In this document: positions 10,437 through 19,986 of the stretch, in pieces
Layout of the letters: each line of letters opens with the position of its first letter
How positions within the stretch are numbered: position 1 is the first letter of the stretch
Source of the DNA: an uncultured bacterium
GTDB lineage: Bacteria > Chloroflexota > UBA5177 > JANWHV01
Length of the DNA stretch: 64,000 nt
Direction of reading: 5' to 3'
Assembly (NCBI GenBank): GCA_963827235.1
Contig: CAWHAE010000016.1
Span: forward strand, 960,001 to 1,024,000
Made by a program: the position numbers and the translations under genes
Notes under the pieces: model-generated
Told to the model about the DNA's origin: nothing
What the model saw: the letters and a program-made list of their open reading frames with translations, nothing else
Database searches by the model: none

Positions 10437-11128
10437 TGAAGCAGATGCTCGACCAGGCCGCGCACATGGTCTTGTTGTCGTACCCGTACGATCCTGCTGA
10501 CCCAGTGCCGCCAACCATTCCAGTAGGAACGGTCGAGGCATTGATGACACTCGAACGCGATGGTGCGCGTACCTACCGTGTGCAATTCGTCAATCACTCG
10601 GGAACTCACGCGGATGCGCCGGCCCATGTGGTCGATGCGGGCCGCCGGATCGCCGACTTCGCGCCCGCCGACTTCATCTACCGCCATCCGGCCGTTGTCG
10701 ACCTCCGGGCGACAGACGAAGCCGTGATTGGCCCGGATAGCCTTGAGCCGCACGTGGATGCCATGCGCACTGCGGACCTGGTGATTCTGCGGTTCGGCTA
10801 CGGGGCCGTCCGTCGAAGCGATCCTCAGCGATATGCGACTCGAAGTCCAGGTCTCACCGTTGCGGGTGCGGCCTATCTGCGTGCCACGTGCCCCGGCATG
10901 CGAGCGCTCGGCATGGACGTGCCGTCGCTGGCTTGCATCGCCAAGCTCGAGGAGACGATGGCAGCCCATCACGAGCTGCTCGGCGGACGAGATCGGCGTT
11001 TCCTTGTACTAGAGGACATGTGCCTCGACGCAGAGCTGCACGATCTGCGGGCGGTGCTCGTGGCGCCATGGCTGATAGCAGGCGTGGACAGTGCCCCGTG
11101 CTCAGTCTATGGCTTCTGCTGGCACTGA
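10436..11128 (+). CDS. Cyclase/kynurenine formamidase-family metallohydrolase
   Basis: HSGTHADAPAH motif, GMDVPS, LEDM, DSAPC; TGATG coupling to the upstream gene. Confidence 0.9.
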   Translation: MKQMLDQAAHMVLLSYPYDPADPVPPTIPVGTVEALMTLERDGARTYRVQFVNHSGTHADAPAHVVDAGRRIADFAPADFIYRHPAVVDLRATDEAVIGPDSLEPHVDAMRTADLVILRFGYGAVRRSDPQRYATRSPGLTVAGAAYLRATCPGMRALGMDVPSLACIAKLEETMAAHHELLGGRDRRFLVLEDMCLDAELHDLRAVLVAPWLIAGVDSAPCSVYGFCWH

Positions 11129-11372
11129 TAGGTCACTGGTGCTCCGCTCAGAACGGTAGAGCTACGTCAAGGCCCTGGAGAGCTTCGAGCTCGGCAGACA
11201 GTCACTCATAGCGGACCATGGAAGGTAGCCGATCAAGTGATTCGAACGCATGCTCGGCGTGTCCCGTGGACGCGACACCGCGTGCTTGCACAGGCCGAGT
11301 CTTCGGCCTGCATTCGAATCAGGGGCAGGCGATCAGCGGCCATCGGTTAGCACAGGGGAGGTTGTAGGAAGG

Positions 11373-12560
11373 ATGCAGGACAAGCTTACCGGGCGTGAAC
11401 GGCTGCTTAGAACCTTTAGGCACGAAAAGGTTGATCGTGTCCCGATTGCGCCTTTCCTATATTTCAACACCACCTATGAGATGTTCCGGTACAAGCCCGC
11501 CATCGACACGTTCTTCAATCCTCCGGATTTTGACCCGATCACGCGGTTTATCGAGTATTGCAGCTACTTTGGATTCGACGTACTGCACTCTCTTGGAAGT
11601 GTGTGGGACTATCACACGGCATATAACTCTACCAACGATCGTAGCTTTGTCCGCAGTGCCGTGAACTGGGACGTCACGATTCAGGAGAATCGACGAGGAG
11701 ATGATGAAAAGCAACGGACGGTGACCATTCGCACACCGGAGGGGGATCTACACCTGGCGGAGGAATACAAGCGGAGCTCGCCGTATCTCGTCGTCTCGGC
11801 GCCGGTGGAGTACCCGATCAAGACGAAGCACGACTTCGAGATCATGCAGCGTTACGCGCCGCCGGCGGATGACATGGATTGCAGTCTGGTACGGCGCGCA
11901 AGCGAGGTGGTCGGCGACGACGGGCTGGTCTCCACGTGCATGCACGGTGTATTCAACCAGGCGGCGCAATTCCGCAAGCTCGAGGACCTGCTGGTCGATC
12001 CGCTGGATGACGAAGGCTTTTACCGGAACATGATGGAGGCCGCACTGGAACGGGTGGTCCTGCGCGCGAAGAAGGTCATGGCGAACGGCGGCGAAGTGAT
12101 CGAGTGTGCGGCGAATCTCGCGGGCAGCGGTGTAGGCCCGCGCTACTACCGCCAATACGTGATGGCGTACGAAAACCGGCTGATGCAGGCCCTGCATGGG
12201 CTGGGTGCCAAGGTTATCTTCCACAATTGCGGCGACGCGGCCAAGATCATGCACCTCTACAACGAAATGGACATGGACGTCTGGGGCTATCTCACCCCGC
12301 CTCCATTTGGCGACGTCGATCTGAACGAAGCGCTGCGCGTCATTCGGCCTGACATGGTCCTGCGAGGCAACATCGATCAGGTCGAGTTCATGATGAAAGC
12401 CACGCCGAGTGAAGTGAAAGAGCGCGTACGGCAGGTGCTGGAGACAGTGAAGCCGCGCGGCAACTTCATCCTGTCCACCACCGACTTCTTCTTCGATGCC
12501 ACGCCGTACCAGAACATCCAGGCATTTGCCGATGCGGGTCGGGAGTACGGCTGGTACTGA
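11373..12560 (+). CDS. URO-D/MtaA-CmuA (uroporphyrinogen decarboxylase-fold) protein 1
   Basis: TGRERLL..VDRVP start, TPEGDL, FHNCGD, LRGNID, GNFILST, NIQA. Confidence 0.88.
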   Translation: MQDKLTGRERLLRTFRHEKVDRVPIAPFLYFNTTYEMFRYKPAIDTFFNPPDFDPITRFIEYCSYFGFDVLHSLGSVWDYHTAYNSTNDRSFVRSAVNWDVTIQENRRGDDEKQRTVTIRTPEGDLHLAEEYKRSSPYLVVSAPVEYPIKTKHDFEIMQRYAPPADDMDCSLVRRASEVVGDDGLVSTCMHGVFNQAAQFRKLEDLLVDPLDDEGFYRNMMEAALERVVLRAKKVMANGGEVIECAANLAGSGVGPRYYRQYVMAYENRLMQALHGLGAKVIFHNCGDAAKIMHLYNEMDMDVWGYLTPPPFGDVDLNEALRVIRPDMVLRGNIDQVEFMMKATPSEVKERVRQVLETVKPRGNFILSTTDFFFDATPYQNIQAFADAGREYGWY

Positions 12561-12576
12561 GAACGACCGACCGTGC

Positions 12577-13575
12577 TCAGCGGGCTCCGGCTGCAACGTC
12601 AACGCCATTGGGTAGAGCTCGGGACTGCGCGTTCGCCGGATCGGCGGTGCGTTGTTGAATCGCACGCACGAATCCGGCGGCCTCGTCCGTTAGACTCGAC
12701 GGCAAAGCAGCCTGCACGCTATAGCACTGCGCCGATCGGCCCAGTCTGAAGACGATCGTCGATTCCGGCCGGCCTCGCTTCAGCTCCACGGTAGCCAGCG
12801 TGCACAGCGGCATCAGCCAGACATCACACCCGTACGAATCCCCTTTGCGGAGCGCATGGAGCGCGTTCTTCACCACGAACGCCTGCCGGTCGGTTCGGGC
12901 CAGCAGCATCGGCGGCTGCTCGTGAGCGAGCAAGCTCAGGCGTTTCCACCTCAGGTTTCGAGGAAGCGCCGGAATCGACAGGAAGTTGCACAGCTGTTCC
13001 TCAGGACACAGGTACTTGCGGAGGTAGTAGCGCTGCCGGTAGCTAAGCTCCGTGCCGGCACGACCCGCGACGTCAAGCCGATCGTCGGAGACGGTCGAGC
13101 CTGAATGCTCGACTGGTGATCGTCGTTGAGAATCCAGCTTCGACCGGATGAGGCCGACTACCACAAGAACGTCGGGCTCGTTTACGCCGTTGTAGCCGAT
13201 AGTCACACGCTCTGCAGCTCCCGTCGACGCCAGCACCAGCGTGAGCGCGCAGTCCAGCAGGTGGGATCGAAGCTCAATGGCGACGATCTCGCCGAGCGGA
13301 GAAGACGCGGCGACGTACTGCCGACCAGCACTTGTGGTGGCACTGTCTGTCGGGTCGTCAAGGACGAGCACGCGGCTCTCGGAGACGATCAACGCGCGGC
13401 CCGGCGCCGCCGGAAGCCTCCCTCGGGAGCGGATGTGGGACAGAACGTTTGGCGGGCCCCTGAAGCTCACCAGGTGTACGGCGCTCAGCACGGCTTCCGA
13501 CGAACCCAAGCTGCGGTCCGCCACGGTCCTGAGTGCAGGCGGTAGAGCGCGAAGGGCAGTGTCAGTCGACGTCAT
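12577..13575 (-). CDS. Hypothetical protein, possibly two PH-like domains
   Basis: 332-aa ORF at the end of a minus-strand operon with two similar beta-rich halves; no motif recognised. Confidence 0.6.
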   Translation of the reverse strand: MTSTDTALRALPPALRTVADRSLGSSEAVLSAVHLVSFRGPPNVLSHIRSRGRLPAAPGRALIVSESRVLVLDDPTDSATTSAGRQYVAASSPLGEIVAIELRSHLLDCALTLVLASTGAAERVTIGYNGVNEPDVLVVVGLIRSKLDSQRRSPVEHSGSTVSDDRLDVAGRAGTELSYRQRYYLRKYLCPEEQLCNFLSIPALPRNLRWKRLSLLAHEQPPMLLARTDRQAFVVKNALHALRKGDSYGCDVWLMPLCTLATVELKRGRPESTIVFRLGRSAQCYSVQAALPSSLTDEAAGFVRAIQQRTADPANAQSRALPNGVDVAAGAR

Positions 13576-13603
13576 TGTTCAAGGCGGCGGATGAATCCAC
13601 TGC

Positions 13604-14800
13604 TCACACCGACATGGTGGGCAAGCTACTTCGCTTTGTCTCGGCGCGAGCCAGCACCTCCGGCCGGAGAGCCACACCGAGGCCGGGAGCGGGATCGAAT
13701 TCTGCCACTCCATCATGGATAGGCACCGGCTTCGACACCAGGTCGCGGTAGAAGCCCTCGTGGAAGCCCCGCACGGTCTCCATGATCATCACGTTGGGGA
13801 CGGAGGCACAGATGTGCAGACAGGCGAAGACGTTCACCGGACCCGTGCAGTCGTGCGGAGCGATAGCGAGATGGTGGGCATCGGCGAGAGTGGCAATCTT
13901 GACGACCTCCGTGATGCCGCCTGTCCAGATCAGGTCCGGCATCACGATGTGTGCTGCCCGGCGGTCCAGCACTTCGCGGAATGCATATTTCGTAAACAGT
14001 CGCTCGCTGACGCACTGCGGCACGCGCGTCTCCCGCACGAGCCGTGCCAGATCGTCCACGCTGTCCGGCTGGATGATGTCCTCCATCCAGATCACGTCGT
14101 ATGGCTCCAGTGCACGTGCAATACGCAGAGCGGTGTTGAGGTCCCAGCGCGAATGGCCCTCGATAGCGATATCCATGCGGCTTCCGGCAGCCTTCCGTAT
14201 CTCCTGAACCGTCCAGAGACCCTGTTGCAGATCCTCCGGCGAGATGTGGTGGCCGCTCGGCCCCACCGCGGACCACCCTGCCGGTCCCGTGAACCCTTTG
14301 ACAGCGATTTGCGGAGCGAAACGGTCCCATGGCCAGACCTTCATCTGGGTGATGCCCTGCGCCAACAGGGACTCGGCCAATTCGCCGGGTCGTTGCAAGA
14401 AACCGTCCTGGTCCGCGTAGAGCGGCGTATCGACGCAGGTATTGTAGATCCGGATCGAATCGCGACATCTACCCCCGAGCAGATTGTAGAGCGGCTGGCC
14501 CAGATACTGCCCGACAACGTCCCAGATGGCGATGTCCAATGCCGAGATGGCCCGCATCTCAGCTCCGGCATAGCCAAAGAAGTTGGCATACGAGAACAGG
14601 GCTTGCCAAAGCCGCTCGCGGTCGAATGCCGGCTGGCCGAGCAGCAGCGGCGCAGCAAAGTCATGGATGACGGACTCCACGGCGCTTGGGATGTAGTAGG
14701 TTTCACCCAGGCCAATCAATCCTTCAGAGGTGTGAACTCGAACCCAGATCAGATTTGGATGCTCAGGCAGCCGCAAAGTCTCGAGCGCGGTGATGTTCAC
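13604..14800 (-). CDS. Mandelate racemase/muconate lactonizing enzyme family dehydratase
   Basis: GLGET, DIAIWD, YNTC, MKVWP, EGHSRW, MED, SERL, PHDCTGP. Confidence 0.92.
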   Translation of the reverse strand: MNITALETLRLPEHPNLIWVRVHTSEGLIGLGETYYIPSAVESVIHDFAAPLLLGQPAFDRERLWQALFSYANFFGYAGAEMRAISALDIAIWDVVGQYLGQPLYNLLGGRCRDSIRIYNTCVDTPLYADQDGFLQRPGELAESLLAQGITQMKVWPWDRFAPQIAVKGFTGPAGWSAVGPSGHHISPEDLQQGLWTVQEIRKAAGSRMDIAIEGHSRWDLNTALRIARALEPYDVIWMEDIIQPDSVDDLARLVRETRVPQCVSERLFTKYAFREVLDRRAAHIVMPDLIWTGGITEVVKIATLADAHHLAIAPHDCTGPVNVFACLHICASVPNVMIMETVRGFHEGFYRDLVSKPVPIHDGVAEFDPAPGLGVALRPEVLARAETKRSSLPTMSV

Positions 14801-14815
14801 GCTAGCTCCCTCCCG

Positions 14816-15856
14816 CTATGGCTCATCTGATGGATCGGTTGGGGAATCTCGCCATTCCGGCACTGGATGTTGTGGTGGCAAGCCTCGCGCCACGGCGAGC
14901 GTATCCTGGGCAGCTGTGAACAGCGACTCGCGGTATGCCTCCTCCGAGAACCCGGCCGAGTGCGACGTGATCAGCACATTCGGCATGTCCCAGAGCGGAT
15001 GTGTCGGCGGCAATGGCGCGGGATCCACCACGTCGAGCGCGGCGCCGGCAAGACTGCCCTCTCGCAGGGCGGCGACCAGCGCCCGAGTGTCGACGATCGC
15101 GCCCCGCGCCACATTGATCAGCACCGCCGTGGGCTTCATCAGCCGCAGCGCGTCACGATCGATCAGACCGCGCGTCGCCGCCGTCAACGGCAGCTGCAAG
15201 GCAACGTAGTCGCATCCCATGACCTCCGCGAACGAACCGGGACGGGCACCCGTGCTAGCGAAGGCGTCCGGCCGAGGGGTTCGAGTCAGTGCCAACACGT
15301 CGAGCCCCAAGGCCCGCGCCAGTGTAGCGGTGCGCTGGCCCGAACGGCCGAAACCGAGGATGCCCAGGGTCTGCCCGGCCGCGCGGCGCGGTACCGGAAG
15401 CTCATTCAACCCGAGCCAGCGATGATCGGCGGCGGCTCGAATCAAGGCGGGGAGCCGGCGAGCAAAGGCGAGAATGAAGAGGATCACGTGCTCGGACAGC
15501 TCCTCGGTGCAGAAATCGGGCACATATGTCACCATGACACCACGTCGCTTCGCGGCCGCGACGTCGATGAGGTCGTAGCCGGCGCCCACTCGCGCCAACA
15601 GCTTGCACCGCGGTAACGATGCGAGTACCGTGCCGTTGATACGAGCCCTGAAGAGGTAGAGTCCGTCGCAGTCGACGCCGCGCGCGATGATCTCTTCCTC
15701 ACGGTGCCCTGCCATGTGGACGATCTCGATGCCGGAATGTACCAGAGCGCGGAACGGCTCCGGCAGCACGGGGAACTCACCGGCATCCGTAAACAACATA
15801 CGCCACGGTGGCGCGATGGCATCTGCCGCGCCGCCCCGTTCGTCGCCTGTAATCAT
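14816..15856 (-). CDS. D-isomer-specific 2-hydroxyacid dehydrogenase
   Basis: GAGYDLID, LGILGFGRSG, LINVARGAIVD, AALDV, TSHSAG. Confidence 0.93.
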   Translation of the reverse strand: MITGDERGGAADAIAPPWRMLFTDAGEFPVLPEPFRALVHSGIEIVHMAGHREEEIIARGVDCDGLYLFRARINGTVLASLPRCKLLARVGAGYDLIDVAAAKRRGVMVTYVPDFCTEELSEHVILFILAFARRLPALIRAAADHRWLGLNELPVPRRAAGQTLGILGFGRSGQRTATLARALGLDVLALTRTPRPDAFASTGARPGSFAEVMGCDYVALQLPLTAATRGLIDRDALRLMKPTAVLINVARGAIVDTRALVAALREGSLAGAALDVVDPAPLPPTHPLWDMPNVLITSHSAGFSEEAYRESLFTAAQDTLAVARGLPPQHPVPEWRDSPTDPSDEP

Positions 15857-15923
15857 GCTGGCCTCGCTTGAAGCATCGTCGCAGCCCTGCCGGCCGGCTC
15901 CAGCCTCGGCAGGCCCATGTTTC

Positions 15924-16661
15924 TTACCAGGTCTTTCCGATTCGCTGCAGAGTGCTGGGCATCACGACCAGCTCGGGCACGAGCACGCGAGGTGGTAGGC
16001 TCGCCAGGAACACACAGATGCTCGCGAGGTCGTCGGGCCTGAGCGCCTTTGCCCGAATCTCGTCGGTGGGTGGCTCCGGGCGCGCATTGAGTAGAGGCGT
16101 GTCGATCAGGCCGGGCAAGAGGACGCTCACGCGCACCCGATGTTCCTGCTCTTCCAAGCCGATGGCGTGCGCCAAACCCAGCACAGCGCTCTTGCTGGCC
16201 TGGTAGGCGGGACCAGAGGCATCGGGCCAGCGGGCCGATACCGAGGCAATGACGATCATCAGCCCATCGCGAGCGCGCAGCAAGGGCAGGCACGCCTGCG
16301 CGACGTTGAATGCTCCGGTGACGTTTGTGGCCAGCACCCTGTCCCAGTCGTCGCCGGAAACGTGCTCGAAGCGCCGCCGCTTCACATTCATACCCGCGGC
16401 GCAAACGAGCAGGTCGAGGCCGTCGAACTCCTCGCCAAGACTTGCGACCAGCCGGTCTACGGCCGGGCGGTCCGTGACGTCGAGCGGCACGACCCGGATA
16501 TGGGGCGCTTCGGCGGCGAAGTCCCGCAGCGCCGGATCGTCGAGCGCCGCCCCTACTACCCGAAAGCCCGCTTCCGCAAGCTTGAGAGCAGTGGCTCGGC
16601 CGACCCCGCTGGACGCGCCGGTCAGCAGCGCCAGCCGCTCCTGTTTCTTCTGCTCGACCAT
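15924..16661 (-). CDS. SDR family oxidoreductase
   Basis: TGASSGVG, YQASK, PGLIDT; RBS AAGGAA upstream of ATG 16661. Confidence 0.93.
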   Translation of the reverse strand: MVEQKKQERLALLTGASSGVGRATALKLAEAGFRVVGAALDDPALRDFAAEAPHIRVVPLDVTDRPAVDRLVASLGEEFDGLDLLVCAAGMNVKRRRFEHVSGDDWDRVLATNVTGAFNVAQACLPLLRARDGLMIVIASVSARWPDASGPAYQASKSAVLGLAHAIGLEEQEHRVRVSVLLPGLIDTPLLNARPEPPTDEIRAKALRPDDLASICVFLASLPPRVLVPELVVMPSTLQRIGKTW

Positions 16662-16675
16662 CACCCGTTCCTTCC

Positions 16676-16704
16676 TTGACAGTACAGAGAATATCATATA
16701 TCAT
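16676..16704 (+). promoter_or_regulatory. Sigma70-like promoter of the GntR gene overlapped by ATATCAT heptad repeats
   Basis: TTGACA (16676) - 17 nt - TATCAT (16699); ATATCAT x2 at 16691-16704. Confidence 0.6.
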
Positions 16705-16887
16705 ACATCGAATTTGCTGCTCCAGCGTAGCGCAACACCGCCGGTACGTCAACCAAATCGTGAGGCCCCATGACAGTCGCGACCACCCGTCGAGCACGCT
16801 CGGCAACAGGTGGCCGGGGCTCCGGGCATGACGTGACGAGAGAGGACTGCGTGACGGCGACGGCCTGCCGCCGGCAGGGGAAGAAGA

Positions 16888-17664
16888 ATGGCTGAGGAAC
16901 GCGCTACAGTAAGTATCGAGCCGCTCGGCACCGCGATGCGGAGTACTTACAAGATGGCGATCTATGAAACACTCCACGAGCTTATCCAGAACCTGACGTT
17001 GCCACCAGGCGAGCGGCTCGTCGAAGCTGATCTCGCCGCCCGATTCTGCGTCTCCAAGACGCCGATCCGGGAAGCCCTGCTGATGCTCGAACAGGAGAAC
17101 CTCGTCACTATCGTGCCGCATGTCGGGGCCACCGTCACTACCGTCTCGATAGATGACTACGAGCAGCTTCTGTTCCTGCAAGATGCGCTGGAACAGCCGG
17201 CCCTGCCACTCATTGTTGAGCGCATTACGCCGCGGGAGTTGGCTAGCGTGGATGCGCTGATCGAGCAGATCGCGAGGTTCCACAAGTCGCGCGATCAGGC
17301 TGCGTACCATCAGTTGGTTAGGCGGATGCACACCGAGCTCTTTTCCGCGGTCCGCTATTCCCGCTTAGTGGACCACTTGGTCATGGTGATGGAGGCCCTC
17401 CGGCGCTACCATCCCATTTTCGTATGGCCGTTCGAGGAGTCATCGGCGCTCGAGCTGGAGATCATCGCTGGGCGGGTCGCGCACATTCACACCGGCGACC
17501 CGTCGGCAGCCGCCGCCGCCGTACGGCTGGGGCATACTCAGCTGCTGGAGAACGCTCAGCGTCGCGTCGCGTCGCGGGACCCTATCGTCTGGCGCTATCT
17601 GTCGGAAGGCCCCGAGGCGAAGAACGGCCAGGCAAACCTGCGCTTGGAGCGTACCCGCATCTAG
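16888..17664 (+). CDS. GntR family regulator (FCD domain)
   Basis: LPPGERLVEADLAARFCVSKTPIREALLMLEQENLV. Confidence 0.93.
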   Translation: MAEERATVSIEPLGTAMRSTYKMAIYETLHELIQNLTLPPGERLVEADLAARFCVSKTPIREALLMLEQENLVTIVPHVGATVTTVSIDDYEQLLFLQDALEQPALPLIVERITPRELASVDALIEQIARFHKSRDQAAYHQLVRRMHTELFSAVRYSRLVDHLVMVMEALRRYHPIFVWPFEESSALELEIIAGRVAHIHTGDPSAAAAAVRLGHTQLLENAQRRVASRDPIVWRYLSEGPEAKNGQANLRLERTRI

Positions 17665-17676
17665 AAAGGAACGAAA

Positions 17677-18510
17677 ATGCCTCGTGACTGGTTCGATCTC
17701 AGCGGACGAGTAGCCCTGGTCACAGGTGCCGGCGCCAATGGCGGAATTGGCCACGCCATCGCGTTGGGTCTGGCGGAAGCAGGCGCGGATGTCTTCGTGG
17801 GCGATATCGATCAGGCAGGCGCCGACCACACGAGTCGCGAGGTCGCCGCGCTGGGTCGATCGAGCAGCAACTTCCGATGCGACATCGCCGCCTCGGAACA
17901 GATAACCGCTATGTTCGAGGCGTTCGATCGGGCATTCGACCATATCGACATTCTCGTCAACAACGTGGGCATCGGCCATCGCTCGCGTCCGGAGGACCTG
18001 ACGCTCGACGACTGGCACAAAGTGATGTCGGTCAACCTGGACGGCACGTTCCTCTGCGCGCGAGAAGCGGGGCGACGCATGATCCGCCGGGGCCGCGGTG
18101 GAAGCATCATCAACATCAGCTCTATCGCCGGCATCTCCGCCCTTGGCCGCGGCAACTTTGTCTACAGTGTGACGAAGGGTGGCATCAACCAGCTCACGCG
18201 CGAGTTGGCCGTGGAATGGTCACCACATCAGATTCGAGTCAATGCGATCATGCCTGCTCAGATCGTCACGCCGTTGCTGCAGCAGATGTTTGACGACCCG
18301 CGGCTTGACACGGGCCGCCTGCGCGACCGACTTCTGGCGGGCATCCCGCTGGCGCGGCTGGGCGAGCCGGATGATATCGCGAAGGCTGCTGTGTTTCTGG
18401 CATCCGACGCTGCCTCGTTCATTACCGGTCACTTGTTGCCGGTAGACGGTGGAAACCTCGCGCTCAACGGCGGCGGCAGCCGCGTGTGGCCAAGCGAGAG
18501 TGAACAATAA
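17677..18510 (+). CDS. SDR oxidoreductase (gluconate 5-dehydrogenase/KduD-like)
   Basis: FDLSGRVALVTGAG, NNVG, YSVTK, ITGHLLPVDGG. Confidence 0.93.
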   Translation: MPRDWFDLSGRVALVTGAGANGGIGHAIALGLAEAGADVFVGDIDQAGADHTSREVAALGRSSSNFRCDIAASEQITAMFEAFDRAFDHIDILVNNVGIGHRSRPEDLTLDDWHKVMSVNLDGTFLCAREAGRRMIRRGRGGSIINISSIAGISALGRGNFVYSVTKGGINQLTRELAVEWSPHQIRVNAIMPAQIVTPLLQQMFDDPRLDTGRLRDRLLAGIPLARLGEPDDIAKAAVFLASDAASFITGHLLPVDGGNLALNGGGSRVWPSESEQ

Positions 18511-18718
18511 CCGAATTGCCCTGGTGAGAGGGTGCCGAGCTGCGTGAACGGTGAGACGGCCTGATTGGACCGGTTCTGCTGACCGTTACGCGTCCGGGCC
18601 GGCTGGCTGTGGATCGACCTGGGCCTTCTCGCTGGCGATGCGGCCGCGAGATGAGTCGCCTTCGACCACCGTTCAGCCGGTAGGTGGAGCGTGCGCTGAC
18701 CGAAGGAGTCGGAGATCG

Positions 18719-19690
18719 ATGTCCATCTGCGAAACAACCTACGAAGGTCAGCCAGCGATAGCGTATGAAACAGACCGACTAGCTCTTACCATTCTGCCGC
18801 ACATCGGCGGCAAGGTGATCTCGGTCCTCGACCGCGCGACAGGCCGTGAGCTGCTCTGGCGAGAGCCGGACCGGCCGCTGCGCAAGCCGCCGTACGGCGC
18901 CGCCTACGAGCAGTCCGATATCAGTGGCTGGGATGAATGCTTCCCGTCCATCGGCGCCTGCCCGTATCCCCTGGAGCCCTGGGCGGGTGTAGGGGTTCCC
19001 GACCACGGTGAGCTCTGGACGGCCGTGTGGTCCGTCGAACAGGATCGGCAGGATCTTGTGATGCGCGCCACCGGCGTGGCACTGCCGTATGTGTTCGAGC
19101 GGCGGTTTCGCCCGCTCCCTGCCGGATTACGCATCGAGTATGCGGCCACAAACAGAGGCCACGCGCCCCTAGCCGTTCTGTGGTCCATGCACCCGTTCTT
19201 CAGCGTTAATCCCACGACCCGGATCCTCCTACCGGACGGCGTACGCGTTCGCGTCGAGCTTTCCAAGAATGAGCGACTTGGCGCCAAGGGCAGCCTGCAC
19301 CCCTGGCCGGGCACGCATGACCGAACCGGGGCCTCAGTCGATCTCAGCATGATGGGCAAGGCGGATCAGAACACGCTCGAGAAGTTGTATACCGACCGGT
19401 TGCGCGCGGGGTGGGCGGCCGCCCAGGACGAAGCCACTGGCGACTACCTGGCGTTCACATTTGATTGCACCAGCGTGCCGTTCATCGGCATGGCCATCAA
19501 TAGAGGCGGCTGGCCGTTTGACGGGCCACGTTCGGACAACCTCATCCTCGAGCCCTGCACCGGCTGGCCGGACCGGCTGGATGAAGCCGTGGAAGAGGGA
19601 ACGTGCGTGACTATTCTGTCCGGAGATACCGCACGGTGGCAGATCGACCTTCACGTCGGCAGTGGTGGCTGGGCCAATCGCTCTGCGTAG
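18719..19690 (+). CDS. Galactose mutarotase/aldose 1-epimerase-like protein
   Basis: GGKVISV, SGWDECFP, PDHGELW, WSMHP, LILEPCTG. Confidence 0.82.
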   Translation: MSICETTYEGQPAIAYETDRLALTILPHIGGKVISVLDRATGRELLWREPDRPLRKPPYGAAYEQSDISGWDECFPSIGACPYPLEPWAGVGVPDHGELWTAVWSVEQDRQDLVMRATGVALPYVFERRFRPLPAGLRIEYAATNRGHAPLAVLWSMHPFFSVNPTTRILLPDGVRVRVELSKNERLGAKGSLHPWPGTHDRTGASVDLSMMGKADQNTLEKLYTDRLRAGWAAAQDEATGDYLAFTFDCTSVPFIGMAINRGGWPFDGPRSDNLILEPCTGWPDRLDEAVEEGTCVTILSGDTARWQIDLHVGSGGWANRSA

Positions 19691-19806
19691 GAGCCCGACC
19701 TCACACTTGCCGTCATCGGACCTCCGCGTGGTGCAGGTACCGAGTCATCGCCTGAGCTGACATACCATCGGTGGGCGCGCCATCACACGCTCAAGAGCTC
19801 GGCACT

Positions 19807-19933
19807 CTTCCTCGCAATGGAGAGAAATGGCAAACCTTTCCGCATTGGCAGGGCCGGCTCCACGCCTTAGCCTTAAGGCAGTCTGCAGTGAGCAGGTTAA
19901 CTGCTGCACCGCCGCCGCGCAGCAGCGTGCTCG
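19807..19933 (+). repeat. Duplicated 127-bp intergenic leader, copy 1
   Basis: Ungapped match to 24101-24227, 93/127 identical by hand count; core GGCAAACCTTTCCGCAT. Confidence 0.85.
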
Positions 19934-19986
19934 GAGCGCTAAAACGAAGGCTCTGGTCAGACGGGTATTTGAGGAGGGAGACTATC

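Noticed and set aside
15853-17331. 492-aa minus-strand ORF and similar long shadow ORFs (43464-44720, 48285-49793, 5148-6281, 13715-14830)
   Set aside because: They overlap well-supported genes antisense or out of frame and show no motifs; expected in GC-rich DNA.
19829-19880. c-di-GMP-I (GEMM) riboswitch suggested by GGCAAACC...GGG(G/C)CG...AAGG in both leader copies
   Set aside because: No GNRA tetraloop, no GCAAAG junction and no clear tetraloop receptor; kept only as an unassigned duplicated leader pending an Rfam scan.
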